In this document: positions 20,652 through 30,595 of the stretch, piece by piece
How the letters are laid out: every line of letters begins with the position of its first letter
Numbering within the stretch: position 1 is the first letter of the stretch
Virus record (IMG/VR): IMGVR_UViG_3300003969_000012
Location: 1 to 59,633 of that record
DNA from: a virus
Lineage: Duplodnaviria; Caudoviricetes
Length of the DNA stretch: 59,633 bases
Strand: one strand, 5' to 3'
Notes under the pieces: model-generated
What the model was told of the DNA's origin: nothing
Database searches by the model: none
What the model saw: only the letters and a program-made list of their open reading frames with translations
Translations under genes and position numbers: made by a program

Positions 20652-21686
20652 TCAGACACTTTCAATGACGGAGAGGGAGCCGGTGGCGCCAGAAGCGTCC
20701 GTCAGCACTGCGATCTTTGTTGTTCCAGGCGTCACGCTGATGGGGTAGCTCTGAGCGCCTGCGGCGAGAAAGAAACTGCCAGCGGCTTTGGCAGCTGTGG
20801 GGTTCGCGCCGAGAGCGACCCAGCAGTCAACGGTCGGGATCAGAACCACGCGATTGCGGCCCGCGCCGATAACTGCGGACTGCGTGCTGGTGGCGCCAAT
20901 AGCCACGACTTGAGAAGTGCCGACAGAAATAGTCTGCGCTGTGCTGATGGCTGTGAGCTGTGTCACACCAGGGCCGTCGGCGGCGAGTGTGACGCGCTGC
21001 GTGTTTGCATCTGTGTTGCCGGTGCCGCGAGTCAGTGTCGTGAGCGCAACAGCAATGCGGCCCAGCCATTGAATCACGCTCCAGCCCGCGTTGTTGTTGG
21101 TGGCAGGCGTCTGGCTTTGCTCACCAAGCGCTTGATTGACTGACTGCAGCTGACTCAGGGCACCGTCATCACTGACTTCCACCGTCATCGTCTGCAGCTG
21201 GCTTTGCGTCAGTCCGCTGCTTGTGACTTCTGCGACAGTGCCCATGTCACTCGGCGCAGAGATAACAGCTTTGGTCGTTTCGTTGTACCAGTGATCCGAA
21301 ACGAGAACCATCGGTGAAGGCAGCAAGTCGTAGACACGGGTGTTTGTCAGCACGTTGTCGCTGCTGTAGCCGGAGCCTCCACTTATAGCGCGGTAACGAG
21401 TGACTACGAGCTCGCGGTCGGCGGTGGAGCCACCGGATCCGGGATCAAAAGTAATGCGGACTGGGGCAACGTATGGTCCATACAACCACAGCTTGTGTCG
21501 CACTATGGGATGTGCAATTCCATCCTTGATTCTGACCCAACCGAAGTCTGTATTGTTTGGCTCGCTTACTGAGTCGAAGTACATGACAGATTGATCTGCA
21601 ATCAGCGTGATGTGCCCAGCTTCAAAAGCAGATGCAATCTCTGTCACTGTGTTAGCTTCAAGTTGGATAGTGAGGTTGTTCGGCAT
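20652..21686 (-). CDS. Virion structural protein with C-terminal spike-base-like beta domain
   Basis: 344 aa; C-terminal SQVVAIGATSTQSA..VVLIPTVDCWVALGANPTA..SFFLAAG; directly upstream of the fibre gene; RBS AGGAG. Confidence 0.5.
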   Translation of the reverse strand: MPNNLTIQLEANTVTEIASAFEAGHITLIADQSVMYFDSVSEPNNTDFGWVRIKDGIAHPIVRHKLWLYGPYVAPVRITFDPGSGGSTADRELVVTRYRAISGGSGYSSDNVLTNTRVYDLLPSPMVLVSDHWYNETTKAVISAPSDMGTVAEVTSSGLTQSQLQTMTVEVSDDGALSQLQSVNQALGEQSQTPATNNNAGWSVIQWLGRIAVALTTLTRGTGNTDANTQRVTLAADGPGVTQLTAISTAQTISVGTSQVVAIGATSTQSAVIGAGRNRVVLIPTVDCWVALGANPTAAKAAGSFFLAAGAQSYPISVTPGTTKIAVLTDASGATGSLSVIESV

Positions 21687-21704
21687 AAAAGAACTCCTGA
21701 AGAA

Positions 21705-22340
21705 CTAGAAAACCTTTTTCACGCGTAAAGGCTCGCGTGTATTCCCGATCTGGGATTGATATGCCGAGAAACCCAAGGCAGAGTTCCAGCGACTTGAATA
21801 GACGAGCGCTAGCTCCCGATCAGTCCATGGCTTCTTGCCCATGGCCATCAAGCGGGAAAGCACGCCATGCCGGATGGCTTCGCTGTACTGGGACTTGATG
21901 AAGTCCGGAATGACTGTGGCGCCCTGAACTGGTTTCAGTGCAGCAGTGATTGCCAGGCCGGCTGTGACGTTGCTGCTCGGAACCTCCAGCAGCGTGATGG
22001 AATCCAGATTCGCACTGAGCTGGAAAGGCGGCTGGTTCTCCGTGTACTTCGGCTGCACTCCGTCAGCCTGGCGGTCATCCAATCGGCTTGTGAGCTTCCA
22101 CAGCAGTTCGCCGTTGACCGTCAGCGAGGTCAGGCGATCCAGAGCGCTGCCGGCTGGTACTGCCATTGCATAAGTCGCCACACCAGCTTGCAGGTTGATA
22201 GGTGTCAGTGCCTCACGCCATACAGCGGTACTCGCACAGAAGATGCGCACGGTCTCTACCAAGTGCAGGTCCAGCATGGCAGTGGGACAACCCGGCAACT
22301 CAGGCAGCAACAGGTCGTAGTAGTCGGTCAGCGCGCTCAT
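21705..22340 (-). CDS. Head-tail adaptor / tail tubular protein A-like
   Basis: LLPELPGCP..ML...L......FC..T.VWR; GVLSRLM.M..KPWTD; position after capsid genes. Confidence 0.65.
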   Translation of the reverse strand: MSALTDYYDLLLPELPGCPTAMLDLHLVETVRIFCASTAVWREALTPINLQAGVATYAMAVPAGSALDRLTSLTVNGELLWKLTSRLDDRQADGVQPKYTENQPPFQLSANLDSITLLEVPSSNVTAGLAITAALKPVQGATVIPDFIKSQYSEAIRHGVLSRLMAMGKKPWTDRELALVYSSRWNSALGFSAYQSQIGNTREPLRVKKVF

Positions 22341-22663
22341 TGCAGGAATCCTTGGGTGAACTTGGCCATCAGATCAGCGCGTGCACTGACGACATGCTCT
22401 TCGTCCTTGGTCTCACAGCGGGCAATTACGTAGTCCACGACTGGCCGGAAGTACTGCTCGTCTAAAGGAATGTTGGAGGTCTTGGTCAGCGTGCCAATCG
22501 GGGTCGTGAATCGACCAATGAACAGGTCTGGCCGCACGTTGCGAATGAACTGCAGGGCGTCCACTACAAACCCGATGCGCTCGGATTCAGGGTAGCGGAT
22601 GCGATCCGCATCACTGAGCGTGCCATCTGCAGACGTCAGCACTTCATCAACGGTGCGGGCCAT
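22337..22663 (-). CDS. Head-tail adaptor-like protein
   Basis: 108 aa; L.D....RY...E....V.DAL......RPDLF; VDYVIARC..KD.E. Confidence 0.55.
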   Translation of the reverse strand: MARTVDEVLTSADGTLSDADRIRYPESERIGFVVDALQFIRNVRPDLFIGRFTTPIGTLTKTSNIPLDEQYFRPVVDYVIARCETKDEEHVVSARADLMAKFTQGFLQ

Positions 22664-22666
22664 GGA

Positions 22667-23128
22667 TTACTCAGCCTTTTTTGCAGGGAAGGCTTCTTGC
22701 AGTGCCGCAATCAACTTCGCGGGACCACTGGCCGGGTGAATCTTCACGCCAAACTCTTTGGTCAGTTCATACAAGGCGGCTTTGTCCAAGCCATCCAACA
22801 CCTTGACGGAACCGTCAGGTAGTGTGATGGACAAAGGAATGGGGTTCTCCACCACGGCACCAGGTGCGAGTGACAGTGCTTCAGGGTCAACTGCACCAGC
22901 TGCGGGGGTAGAGGTAACGACTTCAGCGGGCTTGTTGACTTGGGCTTGAGGAGCGATCACTTGCGCAGTGGTGTCCTCTTGGGCGAACACGTCAGGATGC
23001 TGCAGCATGCGAATGGCAACACTGTCTTTCACTTCGAACGAATCACCGGGCATCCATCGCTCAACACCAGACAGATGTGCAAATGCTGTCTCACCGTCCT
23101 CTTTGAGGCCAACGTACTTGATCTTCAT
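22667..23128 (-). CDS. Virion-associated hypothetical protein (C-terminal HeH-like helix pair)
   Basis: Start MKIKYVGLK at 23128 with GGAG; MLQHPDVF; LDKAALYELTKEFGVKI. Confidence 0.55.
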   Translation of the reverse strand: MKIKYVGLKEDGETAFAHLSGVERWMPGDSFEVKDSVAIRMLQHPDVFAQEDTTAQVIAPQAQVNKPAEVVTSTPAAGAVDPEALSLAPGAVVENPIPLSITLPDGSVKVLDGLDKAALYELTKEFGVKIHPASGPAKLIAALQEAFPAKKAE

Positions 23129-23142
23129 GGGAAACTCCAAAG

Positions 23143-23175
23143 AAAAGGGCCAGCCTCCAATGGAAGCTAGCCCTC
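23143..23175 (-). terminator. Terminator after capsid/decoration genes
   Basis: Minus strand AGGGCTAGCTTCC-ATT-GGAGGCTGGCCCT then TTTCTTT. Confidence 0.6.
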
Positions 23176-23210
23176 TTGAGGTACCGCAAACCGCGCGGCA
23201 GCGGGGTTGC

Positions 23211-23663
23211 TTACTTCGGACCTTGGCAGTTGTAGCCAGCGATCATGTGGATTTCGGGGTTACCCGAGATGCCACTAGGCGCAGTGCCTACAAAGATGCT
23301 GATAAACACGTCTTCTTCGAACACGATCGGCTTGAACGTGCACTGCAGGCGACCACCGGCTTGACCAACTGTCTGTCCGACTGGGGCAAAGTAGTTGGTG
23401 ACGGGTGCCAACGAGCTGCCAGTCGTTGCCGGACGGTAGCCGACGCTGAACACGAATGCCGTGCCGGTGTCGCAGTCGTCAAACACAAATGCCAGATCAG
23501 CCAGCTTTGCGCCAGCTGGGATGAAGAAGTCCAGGGTGTCACTAATAACGGGAGTTCCGCCTTGGCCAGCGCCAAGAACCACCTTGTCGGTTTCGAAAAC
23601 CGCGCAGCCGTCGAGCGGCATGAACTTGGGCGCGTTTGCTTTTTGAGCTTTGATACTTGCCAT
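23211..23663 (-). CDS. Capsid decoration / minor capsid protein
   Basis: 150 aa beta-rich (IPAGAKL..DDCDTG) directly after the major capsid gene; RBS AGGAG. Confidence 0.6.
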   Translation of the reverse strand: MASIKAQKANAPKFMPLDGCAVFETDKVVLGAGQGGTPVISDTLDFFIPAGAKLADLAFVFDDCDTGTAFVFSVGYRPATTGSSLAPVTNYFAPVGQTVGQAGGRLQCTFKPIVFEEDVFISIFVGTAPSGISGNPEIHMIAGYNCQGPK

Positions 23664-23745
23664 GATTGGCTCCTAAGAATTGAACGGGAGGGGAAACAAC
23701 TGGGCGAAAAGGCCCATCAATGCGGGGCCGAAGCCCAGCCTTCGC

Positions 23746-25047
23746 TTAGACAGAGCGCTTCTTGACCACGCTGTCGATCACGGCCACGCCGAAGTCAGTG
23801 ACTTCCAGATCGCCGTTCGAGTTAGGCAATGCCCACCGCAGCTTGTCCTCGGTGCCCATGATTTCGCCGGCCAACTCCAAGTTGCGCTCGAAGTTGGTTT
23901 TGTTTTCCAACAGCGAGTAGGTTTCCTCGGATGTCTGGTTGGCACCGGAGACCATGGCCAAAGCCTGCGCACTCAGGAAAACAGAGCGAGCCACCTGGTG
24001 GGTAGTCGACAGACCGGACGCAACTGTCACGTTGCTTTCGGTTGCAGTCAGTCGATTGGCCGCAGTGACGTGGGCGATGGAGTCGCCGGCGTCGTGACGA
24101 ATGCCAAACTGCATCTTGCGAACCAGCACACCATTCCACAGGATCGGAGACCCAGAGAACAGCGGATGCTTGCGCAGATCGCCGTATTCGGCACGCTTCA
24201 TCGCGTTGGTTTCGAACGTCCGGATGTTGTTGCCAGCCGTGGTGTCGGTGATCATGGCATCCCAGACCAAAGGGTCCACCATCAGCACGCCCTTGATAGG
24301 GTCATCACCAGCGGCAGGATCACCGGGGATCTGGATCGGTGCCATCTTGATGGACATCTCATCCCAGATGGCCGCCAGCTCATCGATGTGAGACAGTTTC
24401 ATGCCATCGGTTGTGGCAATAGATGCCAGCTGAGCGCCGCCTTGTGTCAGGCCGTTACCGTTCACCACCCAGTGGCGGTTGTAGGTAGGGGCACGCACGA
24501 CGTTGACCATCATTTCGGCAAACTCGGGGTCAGTCGCCAAAGGCAATACCCAATCAGTGCCGTCCTGCTTGCCGCGTGTACCCGCCAGCAAGGTCAGGAT
24601 ACGCTGCCAGCGGAATGCCGGAATAGCGCGCTTGAGCTGGGCCAACGCGTTCAGGCGCATGCTGTGAGGCGTGCGTTGCTGAGTCATTTTGCCGCCAGCG
24701 GATACAGGCAAAGTGGCCATGTCCAAGGTGATGTCCTTGGTGCTGTACTTCAGAGCAGCGCCCATGCCTTCGGCATTACGGTCACCCATCACAGGACGCA
24801 GCTTCACCACGTGTGCACAGTCAACCTGCACGACATCGCCCGGGCCTTTGGACAGTTCATCCACGCGAACAATGGGCATGTCCGTAGTGGATTGCTGCTT
24901 GAGCTTGCGAAGCGCGGTGTTCTCGTTGGACATCGGGCCTGTCAGAGCCTGAATCGGGGTTGGAGCGCGAACTGCCATGGCGGACAAAGCCGTGGAGAAC
25001 TGCTTATTGGCAAGGGAACTGCCTTTGGGAACGGAAGTAGTAGACAT
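23746..25047 (-). CDS. Major capsid protein (N4-gp56 / DUF4043 type)
   Basis: PIVRVDELSKGPGD.V, PVMGD.NAEG, V.AGGKMTQQRT.H, HPLFSG...WNGVLVRKM, DFGVAVID; RBS AGGAG. Confidence 0.9.
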   Translation of the reverse strand: MSTTSVPKGSSLANKQFSTALSAMAVRAPTPIQALTGPMSNENTALRKLKQQSTTDMPIVRVDELSKGPGDVVQVDCAHVVKLRPVMGDRNAEGMGAALKYSTKDITLDMATLPVSAGGKMTQQRTPHSMRLNALAQLKRAIPAFRWQRILTLLAGTRGKQDGTDWVLPLATDPEFAEMMVNVVRAPTYNRHWVVNGNGLTQGGAQLASIATTDGMKLSHIDELAAIWDEMSIKMAPIQIPGDPAAGDDPIKGVLMVDPLVWDAMITDTTAGNNIRTFETNAMKRAEYGDLRKHPLFSGSPILWNGVLVRKMQFGIRHDAGDSIAHVTAANRLTATESNVTVASGLSTTHQVARSVFLSAQALAMVSGANQTSEETYSLLENKTNFERNLELAGEIMGTEDKLRWALPNSNGDLEVTDFGVAVIDSVVKKRSV

Positions 25048-25074
25048 TGAAAGCTCCTAAACAGGAAGCCGAGG

Positions 25075-25974
25075 TCAAGCTACGGGCAGGGACGCCATGA
25101 TCTGTTCGTCCGTCATGCCTTTGTAGTTAACCGAGGGCGGTGTTGCAGATGCGCCACCTCGGAAATCACTGATGCCCTTGGGTCCTTCGACCGGAGCGTT
25201 TTCAATGACTTGGGTGGCATCAAGACGGGGTTTGGCTGCGGGTACAGCCGGTGCAGCTGGTGCTGCAGGTGTGGCGGGTGCGAGTGCTGCTTGGGTGCGG
25301 CGTGCGGCTTCTGCAAAGCGCTCGGAAGCGCTGCGTCCTTGCCAATCTGGGTCCACGGCAAGTGCCTTGTCGTACTGGATGGCACGGGCAAACTTGTCTT
25401 GGGAGGCTGGGTCGTATTGCCAAGCCACCAGGTCGGGCACGGTGTCGATCACCTCCTGAACCTCAGGGTCGTAGCTCAGTGGCTCAAACTCTGGTTCAGG
25501 TGCATTGATAGCTGCTGTCTGTGCTAACTGTTGTTCCAGCTCGCGCTGCCTGCGGACGATCTTTGCCTGCAATGGGAAGTCTTGGTCGAGGATGGCCAGT
25601 TCTTCATCCGAGATGGATGTGTCTACTGGCGCTTTGCCTTGGCGTAGGGCTTCGTTCTCGCGCTGAAGCTGCTCCATCTGTTCACGCAAGCGCTTCTCAG
25701 CACGTCGTGATGCACGCAGGGCGGCACGGGTATCGCCTTGAGGCGGTGCGGGCTCTGCTGCCGGTTGGGTAGCTTCAGCTGGCTGGGTCGTCTCTGGCTG
25801 CTTCGCTTCTTCAACCGGTGCGGTTGCAGGCGTTGCGGCGGCTGGTTGTGCTGTTGTTTCACCCGGCAGGTCAGTTTTGACCTCTTCCACGGGATCGGCG
25901 TCAGGCACGATAGCGCTCAGAATTGCACGTTCTTCGGCATCGAACGCGCCATGGTTGTTGTCAGCAGTACTCAC
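25075..25974 (-). CDS. Capsid scaffolding protein
   Basis: Between portal and capsid; acidic P/A/E-rich N-terminus, coiled coil, C-terminal MTDEQIMASL; GTG start with AAGGAG. Confidence 0.75.
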   Translation of the reverse strand: MSTADNNHGAFDAEERAILSAIVPDADPVEEVKTDLPGETTAQPAAATPATAPVEEAKQPETTQPAEATQPAAEPAPPQGDTRAALRASRRAEKRLREQMEQLQRENEALRQGKAPVDTSISDEELAILDQDFPLQAKIVRRQRELEQQLAQTAAINAPEPEFEPLSYDPEVQEVIDTVPDLVAWQYDPASQDKFARAIQYDKALAVDPDWQGRSASERFAEAARRTQAALAPATPAAPAAPAVPAAKPRLDATQVIENAPVEGPKGISDFRGGASATPPSVNYKGMTDEQIMASLPVA

Positions 25975-26092
25975 TCTTCACTCCTTCGCTGTTTACGGTC
26001 AGTCACCGAGGCACAAGGCCACCGTCGTTGAATACGCACCTGCTACGCGACGTTTCGCAGCAAGCGGCTGCCGCTGTTACGCGGCGTGGAAA

Positions 26093-26120
26093 TGAAAAAA
26101 CCCGCACTAGGCGGGTTTCA
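26093..26120 (-). terminator. Terminator after portal
   Basis: Minus strand TGAAACCCGC-CTAGT-GCGGGTTTTTTCA. Confidence 0.75.
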
Positions 26121-26139
26121 TGGGTAGGGTTGGATCGGT

Positions 26140-28278
26140 TTACGCGGCGGCTTCAGCCAGGGCGTCATTGATCAGGTCGTCGTCATTGGCGGCCTGCGAC
26201 ATCAGGTTCTCTGTGCGTGCCAGCGTCTCGGCAACACCGGCTGGAATCTCTCCAGCTGACAGACGCTTTTCAACCAAGTCGGCTTGCATATTGGCCAAGC
26301 GGGCGGCAGCGCGGTGGCGCTCGGCATTGGCGACATCCACATCCACCTTGGCGGCGCCAGCGGCCTGCTCTTGAGCCATCTTCTGCTGCAGCTGCTGCTG
26401 TTGGAGCTGGTCGGCTTGGGCTTGACCGTTCTTGTCGCCCGGAGTGGGAAGTCCGGAAGCCTTGCGCAAGCTGTCGGCCACCTCCTGACGGTTGGGCAAT
26501 CCACTGGATTCGATGTAGGCCGGTGCCAAGATGGCGGTAGCCTGTGGGTTGTTGCCCAGTGCCTGGATGATGGTGGCGATCTGCTGCTGAGTCTGCTGGC
26601 GGAATGCCGGCGTGTTCGGTGTCTCGGCCAACGCGGTCTTGATGTCGGCGTCTTTGACTTGGTTGACGGGCATGCCCTGTGGGTCCCAGTCATTGAGTAC
26701 CACGATACGGCGAGACTTGCCTGAACCAATGGGCACTTGCAGACGCTCTGACTTATGGTCGTTGATGATCTCGTCTACCAAGCTCTCAAACACCGTACGG
26801 CGGAAGTAGCTGTAGTTGTCGTTCATCTCGCCCATGGCCTGCTCGCCCTGCTCTACCAGGATCGAGTTGGCGATGCCAGATGTAACACCGGCTGGTCTGT
26901 TACCCAGTTGGCTGGCATAGCGGCCGGCGGTATCTTGAATGAGTTGCTTGCTGTCGGCCATCACTTGGAACTGCTCTGACTGCATGCTGAGCTCGTTCTT
27001 CACGGTGATGGCGGGCTGGTTCTTGTTGGCCCGGTTCGGATTGGTGACGGCCACCAGATCGGGGCGCATGATGGCGTCGGCAATGTCGGAGACGCTGTTG
27101 TAGTTCGTGTCCAGCGCGTCGCTATCCATCTGCACCTGACGGGCCTTGAGCATCCACTGGATACGCAGCCGGCGTTCGTTGTACTCATCCTGCGGGGCAA
27201 TCATGCCGTCGATCAAGCCGTACGGGCTCTTGTCGTCGTCGTCGCGGAAGGCGAAGAACGGGACGTAGGGAAAGCGGCGCTTGTTGGTTCCTTCATCCAA
27301 TAGGCGATGTGGGCCGGCATACAGCGCGCGGCGCACCTGGCTGGTGATCCCCTTCGTCACCTTCACCAATCCACGACTCACGGCTTCGATGTGGCGCGGG
27401 TCCTTGGGGTCGTACTGCACGCGCTTAGTAGGACTCATGTGGAGCACCGCGACTGTGGCCGGCACGCGGTACCAGACCTCGTACATCTTGATCATCTTGC
27501 GGGCGTTGTCCACCCAATCCATCTTGTTGACGGTCAGGTTGAAGCGGGTTTCGTTCTCATAGGCAGAGCGCAATGAGATTTCTTCGGGCTCGCCAAGGAT
27601 TCCACCGGCAGTATCGATCCAGTTTTCCCAGCCATTCACGCTGCGGCGCAAGACTTCCTTGAATTGAGGCATGGAAGCCTGCAGCTCGTCCAAGTCGATG
27701 AACCGGCTGCGCACCAACCAGCGGCAGGAATCGGTCAGGGTTGCACCACGTTGACCGCGCCAGTCCCACCAGACTTCATCGAGGGGAACGAACTCCACAC
27801 GGTAGGGATATGCCAGCGGATCACTGTTCTTGCCCACGTACACCCAGCCAAGGCCCTTCTTGACGCCAGAGGCATAGCCGTCGCTCACAGCCATGTGGGC
27901 CATGGTCTCGCGTTCGGCTTCCTTGAGCTTGGCGCTAGTCACTTCGGCCACATCGGCATAGCTGTCGTCGTCGGCTTCCACCTTCACATCAGTGCGGCTT
28001 TTGGCTTCTTGACCCAGCACGCTATTGACTACCGGCCGGATCAAGTTGATAGCGCGCTCTTCCAAGTCTTCTTGGCGGATATGCCACTTCTGCAGTTCGC
28101 TGAGTTGCTTGCCATCGTAGTACGCCGCACAGACAGCGGCGCGCAGGCGCCACAGCGGTTGCTCGGCGCAGTCGCGGAGCATGCGTTCCAGTGCATAGAG
28201 GCTAAAACTACCAGCTGCGGCGAAGTCGCGCGAGTCGTCCCCTGCCCTGTCGCCGTAGGGTACTATGGGTTTCATCAT
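26140..28278 (-). CDS. Portal protein (P22/933W-like)
   Basis: 712 aa after terL; YYDGKQL, INLIRPVVNSVLGQEAK.RTD, FPYVPFF..R.....PYGLI..MI.PQDEYN; Q-rich C-terminal barrel. Confidence 0.9.
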   Translation of the reverse strand: MMKPIVPYGDRAGDDSRDFAAAGSFSLYALERMLRDCAEQPLWRLRAAVCAAYYDGKQLSELQKWHIRQEDLEERAINLIRPVVNSVLGQEAKSRTDVKVEADDDSYADVAEVTSAKLKEAERETMAHMAVSDGYASGVKKGLGWVYVGKNSDPLAYPYRVEFVPLDEVWWDWRGQRGATLTDSCRWLVRSRFIDLDELQASMPQFKEVLRRSVNGWENWIDTAGGILGEPEEISLRSAYENETRFNLTVNKMDWVDNARKMIKMYEVWYRVPATVAVLHMSPTKRVQYDPKDPRHIEAVSRGLVKVTKGITSQVRRALYAGPHRLLDEGTNKRRFPYVPFFAFRDDDDKSPYGLIDGMIAPQDEYNERRLRIQWMLKARQVQMDSDALDTNYNSVSDIADAIMRPDLVAVTNPNRANKNQPAITVKNELSMQSEQFQVMADSKQLIQDTAGRYASQLGNRPAGVTSGIANSILVEQGEQAMGEMNDNYSYFRRTVFESLVDEIINDHKSERLQVPIGSGKSRRIVVLNDWDPQGMPVNQVKDADIKTALAETPNTPAFRQQTQQQIATIIQALGNNPQATAILAPAYIESSGLPNRQEVADSLRKASGLPTPGDKNGQAQADQLQQQQLQQKMAQEQAAGAAKVDVDVANAERHRAAARLANMQADLVEKRLSAGEIPAGVAETLARTENLMSQAANDDDLINDALAEAAA

Positions 28279-29729
28279 GCAAGTCCTCGTTTCTTTCGGT
28301 ACTCTTCGGCGTCTTTGGTCTTGTCGGCACTGTTGCCTTGCACCACTGCCACGCCTTCACCGCCACCCAACATCAGGTACTGACCGGCTTCACACGGGTG
28401 GCTGCAATCGTTCTTGACCGGCATGTCCTGGTAGCGCTCGTCACCGGCCACCTTCATGCGCCGGAACTTGTAGCCACCCTGCATACCTTTGCGTGTCACC
28501 TTGCAGTCGGGGTGCAGCAAGAAGCCGGGTTCACCGTCAATCATTCGGCGCAATGGGCTGGCCACCGCTTCAGTACGGATCGTGAAATCGTTGTTGAACG
28601 GCGCTGGCACAGCTTTCACGCCATTGGCTTCCAGCAGCTGGAACACCGTTCTTTCTTCGTTGTCACCGGCTTGGCGCTGGTCTCCAGCGGGGTCACCGGT
28701 AATGCTTCCAATCGTGTAGCCCTTGCAGTTCGCTGCAATGAAGGCCTTGAGCTCGTTCGCAAACCGGATCACACCGGTATCTGTCGTCACCAGCTCGTAT
28801 CGAATGCGCCACTGGCCATTCACCATGCGCTGGCCAATCTGGGCGGCCGGCGTCAATCCGAAGTCCAAGCCGATGTGAAGCGGCAGACCCGGCGTCAGCT
28901 CGAACGAACGGCAGTGCGTCGGGTCGTGGTAGTCGGGGTAAACCGGCTTGCCATCGCTCACATAGCCGTATGCGTTGGCCAAGTTGACCAGAATCCAAGC
29001 GTCTGTCTTACCCTGCGCGCCGTTGGCGTAGTAGTTCAGCGGCAGGTTCTGAATGTTCTCAGCGTTCGGGTTCGGCTCCCATGGCGAAGTGGCTGTCTTG
29101 CGGATAACACCACCGGGCTGCTTCAAGAACACCCAGCCTTCAGGGCCCATCTCTTCGGCAAGGCGGTAGTACCAGTGATCGGTATCAGGTGCGTTGGTGT
29201 CGCCAAAGATGCCGTACCACGTGGGGCGAACGTCCTTCGGATAGCGGCCTACGCGTAAGTCCAGCATCTGGATCACGCTATACGGCAGCTCCTTGACTTC
29301 GTTGATCCAGCCGAACGTTGCCTGCAAGCCTCGCAGCTTCTTGATGTGGTCTTCACGGTCCAGCGCCAGGAACACCATTTCGGCTTCCACGACGGTGCCG
29401 TCACCCAAATTGAACTTCAGGTAGTGGGTTGGCGGCTCCATGCCACCTTGCTTGAACTTCCCAAGCGGCTCGAACATATCGAGCCAGTCTTTGATCGTCG
29501 TCCCAAACAAGTCAGGATAGGTATTCCGGATCGCGATGCCGCGGCTGCGGCGAATGCCTTGAGCGTCTGGCTCCTGCGCACACATGATGCGAAAGGCCTT
29601 CCAGCAGCTTCCATTGGTCTTCCCAGAACCCAGCGGACCCATGATGAAGGTACGCTGAGCCTCGCTCAGGATGTACTCTTCCAGTACAGGCCCCTGCGGC
29701 TTGTACGAATACTCAACCTGCGTTGACAT
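28275..29729 (-). CDS. terL: Terminase large subunit
   Basis: Walker A GPLGSGKT, Walker B WINE, coupling motif DTN, RNase H-like GLDFGLTPA, C-terminal SHPCEAGQY. Confidence 0.93.
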   Translation of the reverse strand: MSTQVEYSYKPQGPVLEEYILSEAQRTFIMGPLGSGKTNGSCWKAFRIMCAQEPDAQGIRRSRGIAIRNTYPDLFGTTIKDWLDMFEPLGKFKQGGMEPPTHYLKFNLGDGTVVEAEMVFLALDREDHIKKLRGLQATFGWINEVKELPYSVIQMLDLRVGRYPKDVRPTWYGIFGDTNAPDTDHWYYRLAEEMGPEGWVFLKQPGGVIRKTATSPWEPNPNAENIQNLPLNYYANGAQGKTDAWILVNLANAYGYVSDGKPVYPDYHDPTHCRSFELTPGLPLHIGLDFGLTPAAQIGQRMVNGQWRIRYELVTTDTGVIRFANELKAFIAANCKGYTIGSITGDPAGDQRQAGDNEERTVFQLLEANGVKAVPAPFNNDFTIRTEAVASPLRRMIDGEPGFLLHPDCKVTRKGMQGGYKFRRMKVAGDERYQDMPVKNDCSHPCEAGQYLMLGGGEGVAVVQGNSADKTKDAEEYRKKRGLA

Positions 29730-30595
29730 CAGTCTTTGCGGCCGGTCAGGTCCTTAATCAGGACAGTGGGCATCGTCAACTGGATCTTGTCGTTGTACAG
29801 ACCCAAGTGGCGGAACACCTTGTCCATCGCTGAGTCTTTGCTGTGCAGCTTGATTTCCAAGCCTTCCTTGGTCTCTTTGACGCCGGCAAACAGGCTGGCA
29901 GCTGCAGCGCTGATGCTGCGCGTGTCCTTGAACACCGTGCGGCCTTCGCCTTCACCAGCACATTCAGGACACTCTGGATTCGGGGCGCGGCGCTTGTCGT
30001 AGCCGACTCCACCCATTGGATTGAACTCTTTGACGGGTTTGCCAGACTCGACCGCGGCTTCGTTTGCCTTGGCCAGCTCGGATTCAGCACGGTCGAACTC
30101 GGCTTGTGTGCGCTGATACAGAAAGTTTTTGCCCCAGCAGAAGCGGCAGCAGCCAATCCGGTACTCCATCAGCTCACGCGGGTCGGCAGTCATGATCGCC
30201 CAGGCTTCACGGATGGCGACATCGGCCGTGATTGCGGTTCGCTCAGCCCTTTCAGCCTTGCCTTTTGCCACTGCAGCCTGAATGTTTGGTTTTGCAAGCC
30301 ATTTGCTTGCCTCAGTCCTTGCCGTCGTTTCCTTGGCTCCGGGCTTTGCTCTCAGGTAAGCCTGCGTTCCATTCAGGTCCACCAAATACTCTTGGACGAA
30401 CCTTGCCTCCAATTCAGAAAGTCCGGCCACTGATGCAGGGACCGAAGCTTCTAGCGATTTTGGAGCGTCTGATTTGCTTACTTTTTGTGCAATTGCGAGC
30501 TTTTTGCCGGTTTTTGCGGGTGTCGGCTTCTTTGCGGGCACGGCGCTGCGCGCCACCTTCTTCTTGGTGGCTGGGGACTTCTTGGAGGCTGGCAT
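29729..30595 (-). CDS. terS: Terminase small subunit
   Basis: RFVQEYLVDLNGTQAYLRA; Zn-finger insert CRFC..CPEC.GEG; IKLHSKD.A...V.RHLG. Confidence 0.9.
   Translation of the reverse strand: MPASKKSPATKKKVARSAVPAKKPTPAKTGKKLAIAQKVSKSDAPKSLEASVPASVAGLSELEARFVQEYLVDLNGTQAYLRAKPGAKETTARTEASKWLAKPNIQAAVAKGKAERAERTAITADVAIREAWAIMTADPRELMEYRIGCCRFCWGKNFLYQRTQAEFDRAESELAKANEAAVESGKPVKEFNPMGGVGYDKRRAPNPECPECAGEGEGRTVFKDTRSISAAAASLFAGVKETKEGLEIKLHSKDSAMDKVFRHLGLYNDKIQLTMPTVLIKDLTGRKD

Noticed and set aside
23680-25050. 456-aa plus-strand ORF opposite the capsid gene (and similar long antisense ORFs opposite terL, portal and the giant gene)
   Set aside because: Shadow ORFs expected from GC-rich codon bias; no RBS or recognisable motifs
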